Below, piece after piece: positions 40,636 to 51,203 of a DNA stretch of 64,000 nucleotides. The DNA comes from Candidatus Obscuribacterales bacterium. GTDB lineage: Bacteria > Cyanobacteriota > Vampirovibrionia > Obscuribacterales > Obscuribacteraceae. Below the pieces are notes generated by a model, which saw only the letters and a program-made list of their open reading frames with translations, did not search any database and had not been told where the DNA came from. Position 1 is the stretch's first letter. The number at the start of each line of letters is the position of its first letter. Location: NCBI GenBank assembly GCA_965228855.1, contig CBDDIJ010000003.1:3488001-3552000 (forward strand). Direction: 5' to 3'. A program made the translations under genes and the position numbers.

Positions 40636-43600
40636 CTATTCCGGCATCTTATAAGCTTTCGGATTCGGGCGGAGCGGCCGGAGGAGCCACCAGGGGCGTC
40701 TCATGCCGTCAGGTCCAGGAGCCGGACGAGTAATCTGAAGCCAGCGCTTGTAGACCTCATGGGATTTATTGATGTCGGCGAAGACGTCACCGTATTGATC
40801 TCCGTTCTTCGGCTTGACCACCCGCACCTTCTGGTGCCAGCAATGCATACCGGAAATCGGATCGGGCTGCACCGGGAAGGTCAGGTTCTGATGAACACCG
40901 GCGTCGTTCCACCAAACACGCATACTATCGGCGTCACTCGATTCAAATGGTGTCACGCCCTTTTTCTGACGCATCAAATACTGACCCGGACCGGTTTCCG
41001 ACATATCTACGAGGCTCGAACACCAGCGGTCAGTACCTTGGTCCTCTCCCAGGCGCCATCGACCCATATGGTGAGAACACGCCACTACATTTGGTGCAAT
41101 ACTTTCAGTCACCCAGGCTTTGGTGATGAAGTATCCGATTTCCGTTTCAACCCGCACCAGATCTCCGGTGGTTAAACCAATTTTGGCCGCTTCGACCGGG
41201 TTTATCCAGAGCGGGTTAGAGTGCGCGATTTCGTTCAACCACTTAGCGTTGCCACTGCGCGTGTGTATTAACACAGGCAGCCGAAAAGTAGGAATAAGGA
41301 CGTAGCCGAAGTCGCCATTGTGCTTGTTTCCGCCCTCGTCGATGTCGTTGACGATCCCGGCACGTTCAACGTGACTGCGAGTGATGCTGGGTCGGGCGTA
41401 TTCACTCCACCCCCAATCAGCAAGGGTCTTCGAGAAGATCTCTAACTTCCCGGATGGCGTTGGAAAACCTCTGTGCGCGACGCCGTCGATCTCGATGCCG
41501 ATCAATTTACGACCTTTGTCATCGCCTGGTTGAGGAACGGGCACCATGTTAACCGAGCTCACTTTGGTCTTGTCCTTGTAAATTCGTCCCGTGGACTTTT
41601 CTACCTCGGATTCGAACAAATCTGTCTCGGTCAGCTTCTCTTCATGACACTCGTACACTTGCGACTGCACTTCGAAAGAGCCGTAGCGCCGCATATATTC
41701 GAGTGGTTCCATACCTTTGGATTGCGCGGTTTCTTTTAAACCCGGCACACTGTTTTCAAATATCCAGCGGTAGTACTCGTCTACGGTCACCTTCTCCCCA
41801 GGGCGGTAGGGAGACTCAAAATGCTTCCTGATTCCAAGCGTTCCATCATGGTCGATGCGCCAGGAAAGCTCGATCCAAAACTCATTCTCTTCCCAGACCT
41901 CTCCCGGATTAGCACCAAGTGTGGTGCCGGCAGCTGCGCCCATTCTTTCTTTGGCGACTTTGAGGACCGGCTGCCTGAAGCCGATCCAGGTTGCGGCCTG
42001 AGTTTCATAACTGTGCAAGTCATGACGCTCCGGTCCTAACCCCATAGGCAGAACGTAATCGGCAAACCAGGCGGTTTCGCTCCAAACGGGAGTTAGCGCG
42101 CAATGAACTCCGACCTTCGATTCGTCTTTGAGAACATCAATCCAGGTCAAACCGTCAGGGTTGGTCCAGACTGGATTGTATACGCGAGTAAAATACGTAT
42201 CCAGAGTGTTTCTGCCCTCCTTCAGCAAATGCGGAAGCAAGAAACTCATCTCAAAAAATGCAAGCGGAAACTCTTTTGGCCAGGTAATTTCATTCCAGTG
42301 CTCGGGATGCGCAGGCATGGTCATCGGTTTCGGTACAAATTTGTTCCAGGCGTTTGGAGATGTGCCACCAGGCGTAGCAATCGAGCCTGTTAAAACGTTC
42401 AAGAAAAACAAACAGCGTGCCGTCTGCCAGCCACCCAAATTGCCTGCACATGAGGCTCTCCAGGTGTGTGTAGAGAACGCCGTGCCGGCTCGGGCAATTT
42501 CATTTGCAATGTCGAATATGGCTTGAGCCTTCACGCCCGATTCTTGCTCAGCTAACTCGGGAGTGTACTTGCTGTAATGCTTTTCCAGCTCGTCCAGGAA
42601 GTTTTCAAAAGTACAATCGACTCCGGGGCTGTACTCCGCGAGATAGTCTTCCCAATTAACCCATTTTCGAATGAAGTCTTTGTTGATTCGCCGCGTGGAA
42701 ATCAGCTGATATGCTATCGCAAGCAACATAGCGGGCTCACCACCCGGATAGGAAGGCAGCCAGTAATCCGCGTGTGATGCGGTGTTTGAAAGACGAGGAT
42801 CGACCACCGCAATTTTGGCGCCTTTCATTTTAGCTTCAATGATGCGCTGGGCATGCGGGTTGAAATAGTGTCCGGATTCGAGGTGGGCGCTTACCAGCAA
42901 AATAAACTTTGCGTTTGCATGGTCTGGACTGGGACGGTCGATTCCCATCCAAAATGCGTATCCAGCCCTGGCACTCGCAGAGCAAATATTTGTATGACTG
43001 TTGTGTCCATCGACCCCCCATGAGGCAAGAACACGCTCGGTAAAAACATCTTCGCCCGGTCTGCCGACGTGATACATGACTTGATCGCGGCGGTCTTCCA
43101 GAATCGCTTTTCGAATGCGAGCGGCGAGCACATCGACGACTTCATCCCAGGAGGTCCGCTCCCACTGTCCGCTTCCACGCGGTCCTTTCCGTTTCAACGG
43201 ATACAAAATTCGTTCAGGATCGTGCACTTGATTAACAGTCGCCGGTCCCTTAGCGCAATTCCGACCTCGAGAACCGGGATGTTCCGGGTTGCCTTCAAAC
43301 TTGCGAATATGGTGCGTCTTTTTATCAACGTAAGCCAGCAATCCACAAGCCGCTTCGCAGTTGAAGCAAACGGTTGGAACCAGCATGTAATTTTTGGCTA
43401 CCTTTTTCGGCCAGGCCTTCGGATCCCACTCTTGCCAGTCGTCCCATTTTTCCATGGGAGGAAACAGCGCGAGCTCTCCAACCCTGCGCTCGCCGGTACC
43501 TCGACTGGAGCCGGAAGAAACTTCCGAAACTTCTGGAACTTGTGAAACTTCGGCAACTGTTGAAGATCGACGTTTGGCAACACTGGAAACCGTCATGCCA

Positions 43601-43794
43601 TCAGATGCGATACCATCATCGAGATTCTTTTGTAAAACCTGATTATCGTCAACGCAATTCTTGCATCCGAAACGACTGTCTACGGAACCGCCCGCGGTGC
43701 CATCCGCCATCGCAAAGTCCCTTGAAAAGCCAATTTTCTTAACAAGACCAGCCAGCCAGGAACCTATTGCATTTGGCTTTTTCTCAAAATTCAT
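40636..43794 (-). CDS. Molybdopterin (bis-PGD) oxidoreductase catalytic subunit, DMSO reductase superfamily
   Basis: CFNCEAAC...CAKG [4Fe-4S] motif, RILYPLKR, HTNIC putative Cys ligand, VVDPR, C-terminal cofactor-binding domain; exact start uncertain. Confidence 0.93.
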   Translation of the reverse strand: MNFEKKPNAIGSWLAGLVKKIGFSRDFAMADGTAGGSVDSRFGCKNCVDDNQVLQKNLDDGIASDGMTVSSVAKRRSSTVAEVSQVPEVSEVSSGSSRGTGERRVGELALFPPMEKWDDWQEWDPKAWPKKVAKNYMLVPTVCFNCEAACGLLAYVDKKTHHIRKFEGNPEHPGSRGRNCAKGPATVNQVHDPERILYPLKRKGPRGSGQWERTSWDEVVDVLAARIRKAILEDRRDQVMYHVGRPGEDVFTERVLASWGVDGHNSHTNICSASARAGYAFWMGIDRPSPDHANAKFILLVSAHLESGHYFNPHAQRIIEAKMKGAKIAVVDPRLSNTASHADYWLPSYPGGEPAMLLAIAYQLISTRRINKDFIRKWVNWEDYLAEYSPGVDCTFENFLDELEKHYSKYTPELAEQESGVKAQAIFDIANEIARAGTAFSTHTWRASCAGNLGGWQTARCLFFLNVLTGSIATPGGTSPNAWNKFVPKPMTMPAHPEHWNEITWPKEFPLAFFEMSFLLPHLLKEGRNTLDTYFTRVYNPVWTNPDGLTWIDVLKDESKVGVHCALTPVWSETAWFADYVLPMGLGPERHDLHSYETQAATWIGFRQPVLKVAKERMGAAAGTTLGANPGEVWEENEFWIELSWRIDHDGTLGIRKHFESPYRPGEKVTVDEYYRWIFENSVPGLKETAQSKGMEPLEYMRRYGSFEVQSQVYECHEEKLTETDLFESEVEKSTGRIYKDKTKVSSVNMVPVPQPGDDKGRKLIGIEIDGVAHRGFPTPSGKLEIFSKTLADWGWSEYARPSITRSHVERAGIVNDIDEGGNKHNGDFGYVLIPTFRLPVLIHTRSGNAKWLNEIAHSNPLWINPVEAAKIGLTTGDLVRVETEIGYFITKAWVTESIAPNVVACSHHMGRWRLGEDQGTDRWCSSLVDMSETGPGQYLMRQKKGVTPFESSDADSMRVWWNDAGVHQNLTFPVQPDPISGMHCWHQKVRVVKPKNGDQYGDVFADINKSHEVYKRWLQITRPAPGPDGMRRPWWLLRPLRPNPKAYKMPE

Positions 43795-43816
43795 AAACGC
43801 CTCTCACGCAGATTCG

Positions 43817-45403
43817 CTAACTCAATCTAACCGACTGACCAGCCATAACAAAACAATGCTCATATGCCAGCAGTCCAAACAACCCAAGGAACGCCACAAT
43901 CATGTCAACGGAGTAGGATGGCGCCGCAAATCCGGTCACAAGAAGCAGCGTCAGAGGTATTACAGAACCGAGGACAATATTGCCCCACCAGAAAACTTTG
44001 CTATAAGGTCCCTTCACCATCATATCGACTGCGCGCTGTTTGGCTTTTGAGCTGTGTTCGGTCAACACCTCACCACCAATGGCGAGGATTAGATGCAATA
44101 CAATCGCCCCGACAATTGTTGGTCGAGCAAAATCAGCAATCGCATCAAGATTGCCCATCAGAGCGGCAGCGGGAATGCTTACACAGGCTCCGGCTAAAAC
44201 CGCTTGCTGCAAAAGGTGCAGGGGCAAAGCCGGACTTTGCCACATATCCCGGGCTTTCGCCTGGGCAAAGAGAAAGGCGGTGTAAACCGCTGTCATCACA
44301 GCTAGTGGCATCGTTATTTGATACAACCAGGGAGAAACTTGCATGCCGAAACCGAACACGAAGGCGCCAAGAATTGCGGCGAGCAAAACAGAGTAACCCA
44401 AAATGATGTAGCTGCCGATAGCAAGCCATGATTTCCATTGCGGTCTGGCGATGATGTACCAGAATCGCTCCGGTCTATCCAGGTCGGCGATCAGGAGAAT
44501 ACCGGTAACGGCGAGGTAGATAAACGAAATTGCGGGGGCTCCCCACACCAGCCATAGTGGCATCGGTCCGGGCACGAATCCGAATTGAATTGAACTCCAA
44601 AACATCCAGGCAAACAAGAATGCGCCGGAAGAAATCGACTTCGTCCACAAGTAGAGGCTTACGTACTGCGCCCACGGAATATCATGGTGAACATCATAAG
44701 CGACTCTGGCACCAGTTACGGTATTAAGCGCCGATGAAAGCGATATTCCGGAAGGAATATTTTTATCGAGATGCGCGCCGTGTTTCTCTTCCCGCTGGTT
44801 TGACCACATATAAAGTCCAGACTCATCGTATGTCTGAACATCAGGATTTAAAACAGCCTCGTCCGCACCGATATAAAAGCACTTGGGATCGGTATTCTTT
44901 TCAGGTTTGCGGACTTGAGTTTTTTCGCGGCCGATCAATTGGTTTACTTTTGAAAGAGGATCTTCGAGATCGCCGAATATAAGCGCTTCCTCCGGACAAA
45001 CCACGACGCAAGCCGGCTCTAAGCCGACATCGAGACGGTGAGCACAAAAATTGCATTTGGCTGCCGTGTGGCTTTCCGGGTCGATATAGATGGCGTCATA
45101 AGGGCAAGCCGCAATACACGCCTTGCATCCGATACAGGCGTCCTTGTCAAACTCGACGATTCCGTCCGGCCGTTGAAACATGGCTGTGGTCGGACAGATG
45201 TGAACACAGGGTGGATTGGCGCAATGATTGCAACGCAACACGCCAAAATGGCGCTGGGAGTTTGGGAAATCGCCTTTCTCCACATACTTGACCCACGTTC
45301 GGTCAACGGACAACGGCACTTCATTTTCTGACTTGCAGGCGGTCGTGCACGCATGACAACCGATGCACTTACGTTGGTCGATTACCCAGGTGAAATTTGC
45401 CAT
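43817..45403 (-). CDS. Fused 4Fe-4S dicluster (NrfC/DmsB-like) and NrfD/PsrC membrane anchor
   Basis: CIGCHACTTAC, CNHCANPPC, CIGCKACIAACPY, KCNFC; then ADLDRPERFW and multiple TM helices. Confidence 0.93.
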   Translation of the reverse strand: MANFTWVIDQRKCIGCHACTTACKSENEVPLSVDRTWVKYVEKGDFPNSQRHFGVLRCNHCANPPCVHICPTTAMFQRPDGIVEFDKDACIGCKACIAACPYDAIYIDPESHTAAKCNFCAHRLDVGLEPACVVVCPEEALIFGDLEDPLSKVNQLIGREKTQVRKPEKNTDPKCFYIGADEAVLNPDVQTYDESGLYMWSNQREEKHGAHLDKNIPSGISLSSALNTVTGARVAYDVHHDIPWAQYVSLYLWTKSISSGAFLFAWMFWSSIQFGFVPGPMPLWLVWGAPAISFIYLAVTGILLIADLDRPERFWYIIARPQWKSWLAIGSYIILGYSVLLAAILGAFVFGFGMQVSPWLYQITMPLAVMTAVYTAFLFAQAKARDMWQSPALPLHLLQQAVLAGACVSIPAAALMGNLDAIADFARPTIVGAIVLHLILAIGGEVLTEHSSKAKQRAVDMMVKGPYSKVFWWGNIVLGSVIPLTLLLVTGFAAPSYSVDMIVAFLGLFGLLAYEHCFVMAGQSVRLS

Positions 45404-45629
45404 TACCGCCTTGCCCGTCAGATGTTGCCTGACGGCTATCGTGAGGATTAACAACCGTCAAAGATAGCTTAAATCAGTGCGAAATTACACCCTCTAGCGT
45501 CGTCAAATTTGGCAACCAAAGTTCATAACAAAATAAAGAGCGGGCACTTGTGATGCCCGCTCCATCCATAAGAGTGATAGTTTGCCCAATTCAAGTTGCC
45601 ATCGAGCTTTCGCCCTCTGACGACCTCTC

Positions 45630-45947
45630 CTATACCATCGCTCTCTCGATGTCACGAATGTCCATTCTTGTCTTTTGAAGGTCCTGGGAGTTGTATTCCA
45701 GTTCCTTCTTAAGGCGGTCCAGCGTGGAGTTATATTGTTGATTATCGTTGCGACGGCTGAGGTCATCGGTAAGACGGTACAGATTGTCGCGACTTTTCAA
45801 CAGGTCATTTTCTTTAGAGACCAGGGTGTCTCTGCGATTCTTGAGACTGTTGTACACAGCAGGGTCAACAGCCGCCATTGCTGGGGATTGAAGAAGAATC
45901 AAACCACCCAAAACGATTGTTATTGTTGCTTTTACGAGATTATTCAT
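45630..45947 (-). CDS. Small exported coiled-coil protein
   Basis: ATG 45947 after GGAGGAAAGG; AMA|A signal; heptad pattern. Confidence 0.75.
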   Translation of the reverse strand: MNNLVKATITIVLGGLILLQSPAMAAVDPAVYNSLKNRRDTLVSKENDLLKSRDNLYRLTDDLSRRNDNQQYNSTLDRLKKELEYNSQDLQKTRMDIRDIERAMV

Positions 45948-46005
45948 AGTTCCTTTCCTCCGTCGGGTGTCTCTTCCCTCAGGTATGCACACAGAATAAC
46001 GATTA

Positions 46006-46054
46006 AATTGGCATTGCAGAAGTGCCACTTTTGTGTTGTAATACCAGTCCACTT
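46006..46054. promoter_or_regulatory. Candidate MocR-family operator
   Basis: AATTGGCA (46006) inverted to TGCCACTT (46023), plus a direct CCACTT copy (46049), in the divergent intergenic region. Confidence 0.55.
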
Positions 46055-46084
46055 CATAATCGGTTCCCAACAGGTGGGGCTTTC

Positions 46085-47620
46085 ATGGATTTCCCAATCA
46101 ATATAAGTTCGACGTCGGATGTTCCCCTGCACCGACAAATCTATGAGGAACTCCGTCGGGCAATCCTTTCAGGACGCCTTGCCCGGGGAAAACGTGTGCC
46201 CTCCACCCGCGAGATGTCCAAATCCGTCGGCGTTGCGCGCGCCACGGTCAGCATGGCTTACGATTATCTTCTCAGCGAAGGATATTTCGAGGCTTATCGC
46301 GGTTCAGGCACTTATGTTTCACGTCAACTGCCTGATGAACTGCTGGAGACAACAGACGATATAGACGATCTCGTCGAGCAACTACCGGAGAGAAGCACGT
46401 TAAAAACGCGCCCACGCCAGCTTTCGCAATACGGACAAACACTTCAATCAAAAGATTGGCTCGGATATCCGGACGAGGAGCCGGAAATTCAGTTCACGTT
46501 CGGTCGCCCCGACCTTGACGAGTTCCCTGCACGAGTCTGGAGCCAGCTGCTCACACGACATTGTCGCTCCCGTCAATTGTGGCTTCTGGACTGCCCGACC
46601 AAAGCTCGCGGTTATACACCGCTGCGCAACGCCATAGCCGATTATTTGGCCAAAGCCAGGGCAGTTATTTGCGACCCGGATCAAATCATAATCGTAAACG
46701 GCTCGCAGCAAGCACTCGATCTGGTCACGCGCGTGCTCGTAGATCCGGGCGACATCGTTGGTATTGAAGAACCTGGTTACATAGGCGCACAGAAAGCTTT
46801 TCACGCGCAAGGAGCAAAGTTATCACCGGTCTTTGTCGACAGTAACGGCGTGCGCGTCGACTTTCTTAAGTCGCGTTACGACATCTCCACTCCTGACGAC
46901 ATGAAGCTCCTGTACGTCACGCCATCTCACCAGTACCCGACTGGGGTTTCGCTGTCTCTGGGAAGGCGCCTGGATTTGCTTGCCTGGGCCAGTCGCACGG
47001 GCACCATTATTATTGAAGACGATTACGACTCGGAATACAGATATAAAGGAAAACCGATTCCCGCCCTTGCTGGTATCGACAGTGGTGCCTCGGTAATTTA
47101 CATAGGAACGTTCTCAAAAGTATTATTGCCGGCCCTTCGTCTAGGTTATCTTGTTGTACCGAAAGACCTCATCGACGTTTTTGCAAGAGCAAAGTGGCTG
47201 AACGACCGGCACTCCTCTTTGATTCAACAACAAGTGCTCTCTGATTTCATCACCGAAGGTCATATGGAGAGGCACATCAGACGCATGCGAGCGCTGTATG
47301 GAGAGCGCCGTTTACTCATGATTGAAGCGCTCAAGGGTCTGTTCGGTAGCGATGTCACCATATACGGTGAAAACGCCGGCATCAATATGCTGGTTCGATT
47401 CAACACAGACATTCCGGATGACGAACTCGTGATTCGAGCTCGCAATCTGGGTGTCGGCATATCAAGCACACGATATATGTACCTCGGCGACGCGCCCCAT
47501 GGAGAATATCTCTTGAATTATGGCGGTCTGAAAGACCAGGAAATTATCGAAGGATTGACAAGACTGCGCGCCGCTATGGACCGCCAGGAAACTCTTCTAC
47601 CGGTTGAGGCTCAAGATTGA
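46085..47620 (+). CDS. MocR/GabR-family PLP-dependent transcription regulator
   Basis: GntR wHTH (PSTREMS..GVARATV..AYDYL.SEGY) plus aminotransferase domain (VTPSHQYPTG, IIEDDYDSE, GTFSK). Confidence 0.95.
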   Translation: MDFPINISSTSDVPLHRQIYEELRRAILSGRLARGKRVPSTREMSKSVGVARATVSMAYDYLLSEGYFEAYRGSGTYVSRQLPDELLETTDDIDDLVEQLPERSTLKTRPRQLSQYGQTLQSKDWLGYPDEEPEIQFTFGRPDLDEFPARVWSQLLTRHCRSRQLWLLDCPTKARGYTPLRNAIADYLAKARAVICDPDQIIIVNGSQQALDLVTRVLVDPGDIVGIEEPGYIGAQKAFHAQGAKLSPVFVDSNGVRVDFLKSRYDISTPDDMKLLYVTPSHQYPTGVSLSLGRRLDLLAWASRTGTIIIEDDYDSEYRYKGKPIPALAGIDSGASVIYIGTFSKVLLPALRLGYLVVPKDLIDVFARAKWLNDRHSSLIQQQVLSDFITEGHMERHIRRMRALYGERRLLMIEALKGLFGSDVTIYGENAGINMLVRFNTDIPDDELVIRARNLGVGISSTRYMYLGDAPHGEYLLNYGGLKDQEIIEGLTRLRAAMDRQETLLPVEAQD

Positions 47621-47991
47621 TCGCGAATCGCGCTACTCCAGACCCAAAAGATAAACAGCGGTTGAAACAAGAGACGCACGTAAAGAGCGACAGCCGGAAA
47701 TTGCGGAAACGCTTCCGGGTGTATCGCCATGTGAATGTTAACCGGGAAAACGGCGACCAATAGAGCGATTAGACCGTAACCGGCAAACTTACGAGCGGCG
47801 TGGACCTGCACTCCAATGCCACCCAGTATTTCGAATACACCACTTATGAAAACCATTTCGAGAGGAAAAGGTATGTAAGGCGGCATCGCACGCAAAAACC
47901 ACTCGGGATGAACGAAGTGCATCACTCCAGCAAACACGAAGAAGCAGGTGAGAGCCCAATTTGAAAACTTTCGAAGGAGTGATTGCGACAT
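47611..47991 (-). CDS. DoxX-family membrane protein
   Basis: AGVMHF, SGVFEILGG, VFPVNIHMA, RLLFQP. Confidence 0.85.
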   Translation of the reverse strand: MSQSLLRKFSNWALTCFFVFAGVMHFVHPEWFLRAMPPYIPFPLEMVFISGVFEILGGIGVQVHAARKFAGYGLIALLVAVFPVNIHMAIHPEAFPQFPAVALYVRLLFQPLFIFWVWSSAIRDQS

Positions 47992-48079
47992 TTTGTTCGT
48001 TTGGTGAGTAAATGGAATCTACTTTACATTGAATGCGATACCATTGCATAAATTCAGAAAATCAACCGAGGAACAATGA

Positions 48080-49151
48080 TATGTTCGCCAACCTCCCGAC
48101 GTTCTCTAAGTCAGGTTTCAACGCTCAAAAACGAACATCCTTGAAAGGCAAAACTCAACTTGCTCTAATTGCTATAGCAGTTGCGGGCACATTTGCGACA
48201 ACTCTTGAGTGCCCGGTCCTGGCAAAAGGCACAAGCGATCTCGCGTCATGGAACGACGGGCCGACCAAAGAATCAATTGTTCAATTCGTTAAGTCCGTCA
48301 CCGATAAAAAGAGCGCAGACTTCGTCGAACAGGAAAAACGAATTGCCGTTTTCGATAATGATGGAACTCTCTGGTGCGAGCAGCCAATTTATCCGCAAGT
48401 AGAATTCATCATTGGATGCGCGAAAGAATACGCCGAAAAACATCCTGAAGTTCAAGAAGATCCACTCTTTAAGGCAGCAGTTCAGGGAGATATGGCGACG
48501 CTCGCGAAAGCTGGTCCCAGAGGTTCGCAGACGCTGGTAAACACCACCCACAACGGCACGCCCGTAGAACAATTCTCTGATGTCGTGTCAAAATGGCTTT
48601 CAGAACATAAACATCCACGTTTCAACGAACCCTACACAAGTTGCGTTTACAAGCCGATGTTGGAATTGCTGGCGTATTTGAAGAAGAACGGTTTCACAAA
48701 TTACATAGTGTCCGGCGGCGGCACTGAGTTCATGCGGCCCTGGACAGAGAAAATTTATGACGTTCCGCCGGAACATGTAATCGGAAGCACATGCAAATTA
48801 TCATTCAGCAACGCTGACGGAAAGCCCGTAATCAAAAGAACTACGGAGATTGACTTTCTCTGTGACTCGGAACGAAAACCGATCGCAATTGAAAAAATAA
48901 TCGGGCGACGGCCTATAGCTGCGTTCGGAAATTCCAACGGCGATATGCAGATGTTACAGTGGACGACAGCTGGCAGCGGCAAGCGGTTTGGACTGATCGT
49001 TCATCATACTGATGCAGAGCGAGAGTATGCTTACGATCGCGATTCCAAAATTGGTCGACTCGATAAGGCGCTAGACGAAGCAACAAAACAACACTGGACA
49101 GTCGTGGATATGAAAAACGATTGGAAGCAGATATTCTCGTTTCAAAAATAA
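48080..49151 (+). CDS. Exported HAD-family hydrolase (nonspecific acid phosphatase-like)
   Basis: LASW, AVFDNDGTLWCEQP, IVSGGG, AFGNSNGD, HTDAEREYAY; start is approximate (candidates near 48033-48081). Confidence 0.85.
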
Positions 49152-49338
49152 GTTGTCCCTTTATCCAAAGCGCGGAACAAATCGAACACCTCATTCATCT
49201 CGTAAACGTCGGTCAGACACAGCACCGGTTATGGAGATTTGAACTGCTGCAGTGATTGATCCGCGGTTCGCGGGAACACAAGTTACGAACTAACAAGAAA
49301 CTCATTGATAAAATCAACATGGAGTTAGCGAGTCACCA

Positions 49339-50424
49339 ATGGCACAGCGCAAAACAAAAACAAAAGAGCTTGATGCGCTTCTCGACGCAATCGACGCCGC
49401 CGGGAATGCCGAAGAGTTCGAGGTCGAAGGACATAAGATCGCAGTCTCAAATCTGAACAAAGTTTTGTGGCCGGGGACTGCCGACCATGAGCCTGTAACC
49501 AAGCGCGATTACATCAGATATCTCGTGCAGGTCTCGGAGTATCTGCTTCCCCACCTCAAAGATCGTCCGCTCACCCTGATCCGTTATCCGAACGGCGTCG
49601 AAGGCAAGAAGTTTTTCCAGAAGCACTGGGAGCACAAGAAACCTGAATTCGTGGACACCATCATGTTGTATTCAGAGCACAGTAAGTCCGACGGGGAGTT
49701 CATCACTTGCAGTAACGTTGCAACATTAGTTTGGCTGGGACAGCTGGCCGATCTTGAACTTCACACCACTCATACTCGAACAAATCCGGAACCGGATGGT
49801 AAAAAACTGGGAACCACTTTCACCGGGAGCGTCGCAAACATCGATAGCTCCCTCATGAATTACCCGGATTTTGTCGTACTGGACCTTGATCCATACATGT
49901 ATAGCGGAAAGGAAAAGAAGGGAGAAGAGCCGGAGTTGCACAAAGAAGGTTTTGAAAAGACCTGTGAAATTGCCGCAGCGTTAAAAGAGAACTTGGATAA
50001 ACTGAATGTGGAAGCGTTTGTCAAAACTTCCGGTCGAACCGGGCTGCACATCTACGTTCCAATAGTGCGAAATATTGAATACGATATGGTGAGGTCGATT
50101 GCTGAAGTAATTGGTCGACATCTTTTGAAGCAACACCCCAGAGAAGTCACTATGGAATGGTCGGTCAGTAAGCGTACTGGAAAAATATTTTTCGACCACA
50201 ACATGAACGGGCGGGGCAAAACACTTCCCTCTCCCTACTCTGCCCGAAACTCCGTCGAGGCGACCGTCTCGACACCTGTCGAGTGGAAGGAGCTGCCCAA
50301 AATCTATCCGACCGATTTCACAATCTGGAATGTGCCGAAGCGACTCGAGAAAAAGGGCGACATCTGGTCCGACATCCTCGAACACAAAAACAATATGGAA
50401 AAACTGAAAAAAACAACGGAGTGA
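49339..50424 (+). CDS. Stand-alone LigD polymerase/primase (AEP) domain protein
   Basis: SNLNKVLWP, RPLTLIRYPNG, FFQK, DLDP, KTSGRTGLHIYVP, PYSAR; no ligase domain. Confidence 0.92.
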   Translation: MAQRKTKTKELDALLDAIDAAGNAEEFEVEGHKIAVSNLNKVLWPGTADHEPVTKRDYIRYLVQVSEYLLPHLKDRPLTLIRYPNGVEGKKFFQKHWEHKKPEFVDTIMLYSEHSKSDGEFITCSNVATLVWLGQLADLELHTTHTRTNPEPDGKKLGTTFTGSVANIDSSLMNYPDFVVLDLDPYMYSGKEKKGEEPELHKEGFEKTCEIAAALKENLDKLNVEAFVKTSGRTGLHIYVPIVRNIEYDMVRSIAEVIGRHLLKQHPREVTMEWSVSKRTGKIFFDHNMNGRGKTLPSPYSARNSVEATVSTPVEWKELPKIYPTDFTIWNVPKRLEKKGDIWSDILEHKNNMEKLKKTTE

Positions 50425-50435
50425 AACGAGAAAGC

Positions 50436-50852
50436 CTAAGCGGATTTCTTTAGTCGCGATTCAGCTATCTCCGAATAGGCTTGCCAAGCCGGTTCCACAG
50501 CGGGAAGCAAAGCCAGTGCCTTGTTAACCGGCCCCTTCGACACAATTTTTCCGGACATCAACGCAAGCGGTAAATTGACCTTACCAAGCCAAAATTGATG
50601 AGCGAAATCAGATTGCATAAACATTTCTATATCCGGTTTCTTCTCGCAGTCACCACTGGTGATGCGAATCTCGTCGCCATCCGAGCCATCGATCGTCAAA
50701 CTTCCATCAGGATTTTTATAGTGGAATCGAACGGTTAATTTGGACTTGAGCAACTCAGCGGAAATCTGGGGATTGCTTTTAATCCAGTTCCATAGCGCTT
50801 CCATCACAACATATAGTTCTTCCGTGCTGCTGAAAACCGCCATCGTCACCAC
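50436..50852 (-). CDS. SCP2 sterol/lipid-binding domain protein
   Basis: PDIEM...FWLGKVNLPLALMSGKIVSKGP. Confidence 0.8.
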   Translation of the reverse strand: MVTMAVFSSTEELYVVMEALWNWIKSNPQISAELLKSKLTVRFHYKNPDGSLTIDGSDGDEIRITSGDCEKKPDIEMFMQSDFAHQFWLGKVNLPLALMSGKIVSKGPVNKALALLPAVEPAWQAYSEIAESRLKKSA

Positions 50853-51142
50853 CTCACATCACCGTCAACTGGGTAAACCGCAGCAGTAGCGACTGCGCGC
50901 TTTGGAAGAATAATCGTCAGTCCCGGAAAAACGGCTCGACTGGCGAACTAAGAATTCTAAACTTATCTTTCTCATAGCATGCGACCTTCACAGCGGTGTC
51001 AAGAGGCACAATTAATGCTACATACGAATTGAGACAGTGAGAAAGTGTGCTTGCTTTTCTGGTCAGTCGGAGAACATCGAGCGGAGTGTGATGCTGCAGG
51101 TAGCAGAAATGCCTGAGTCCATCGGCTTTTCGACAAACACAG

Positions 51143-51168
51143 GGAACTCTGCGGGAAAAACCGCGTCC
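51143..51168 (+). promoter_or_regulatory. Candidate ECF sigma promoter
   Basis: GGAAC-N17-GTCC; shares GGGAACTCT-N11-CGCGTC exactly with the 31603 site. Confidence 0.55.
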
Positions 51169-51203
51169 ACTTTTTTACACCTCGATAAAAGGAATGGGAA
51201 GGT

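Noticed and set aside
24210..43794. XdhC/MocA serving the molybdoenzyme at 40636-43794
   Set aside because: That enzyme belongs to the bis-PGD family, while XdhC/MocA mature MCD enzymes
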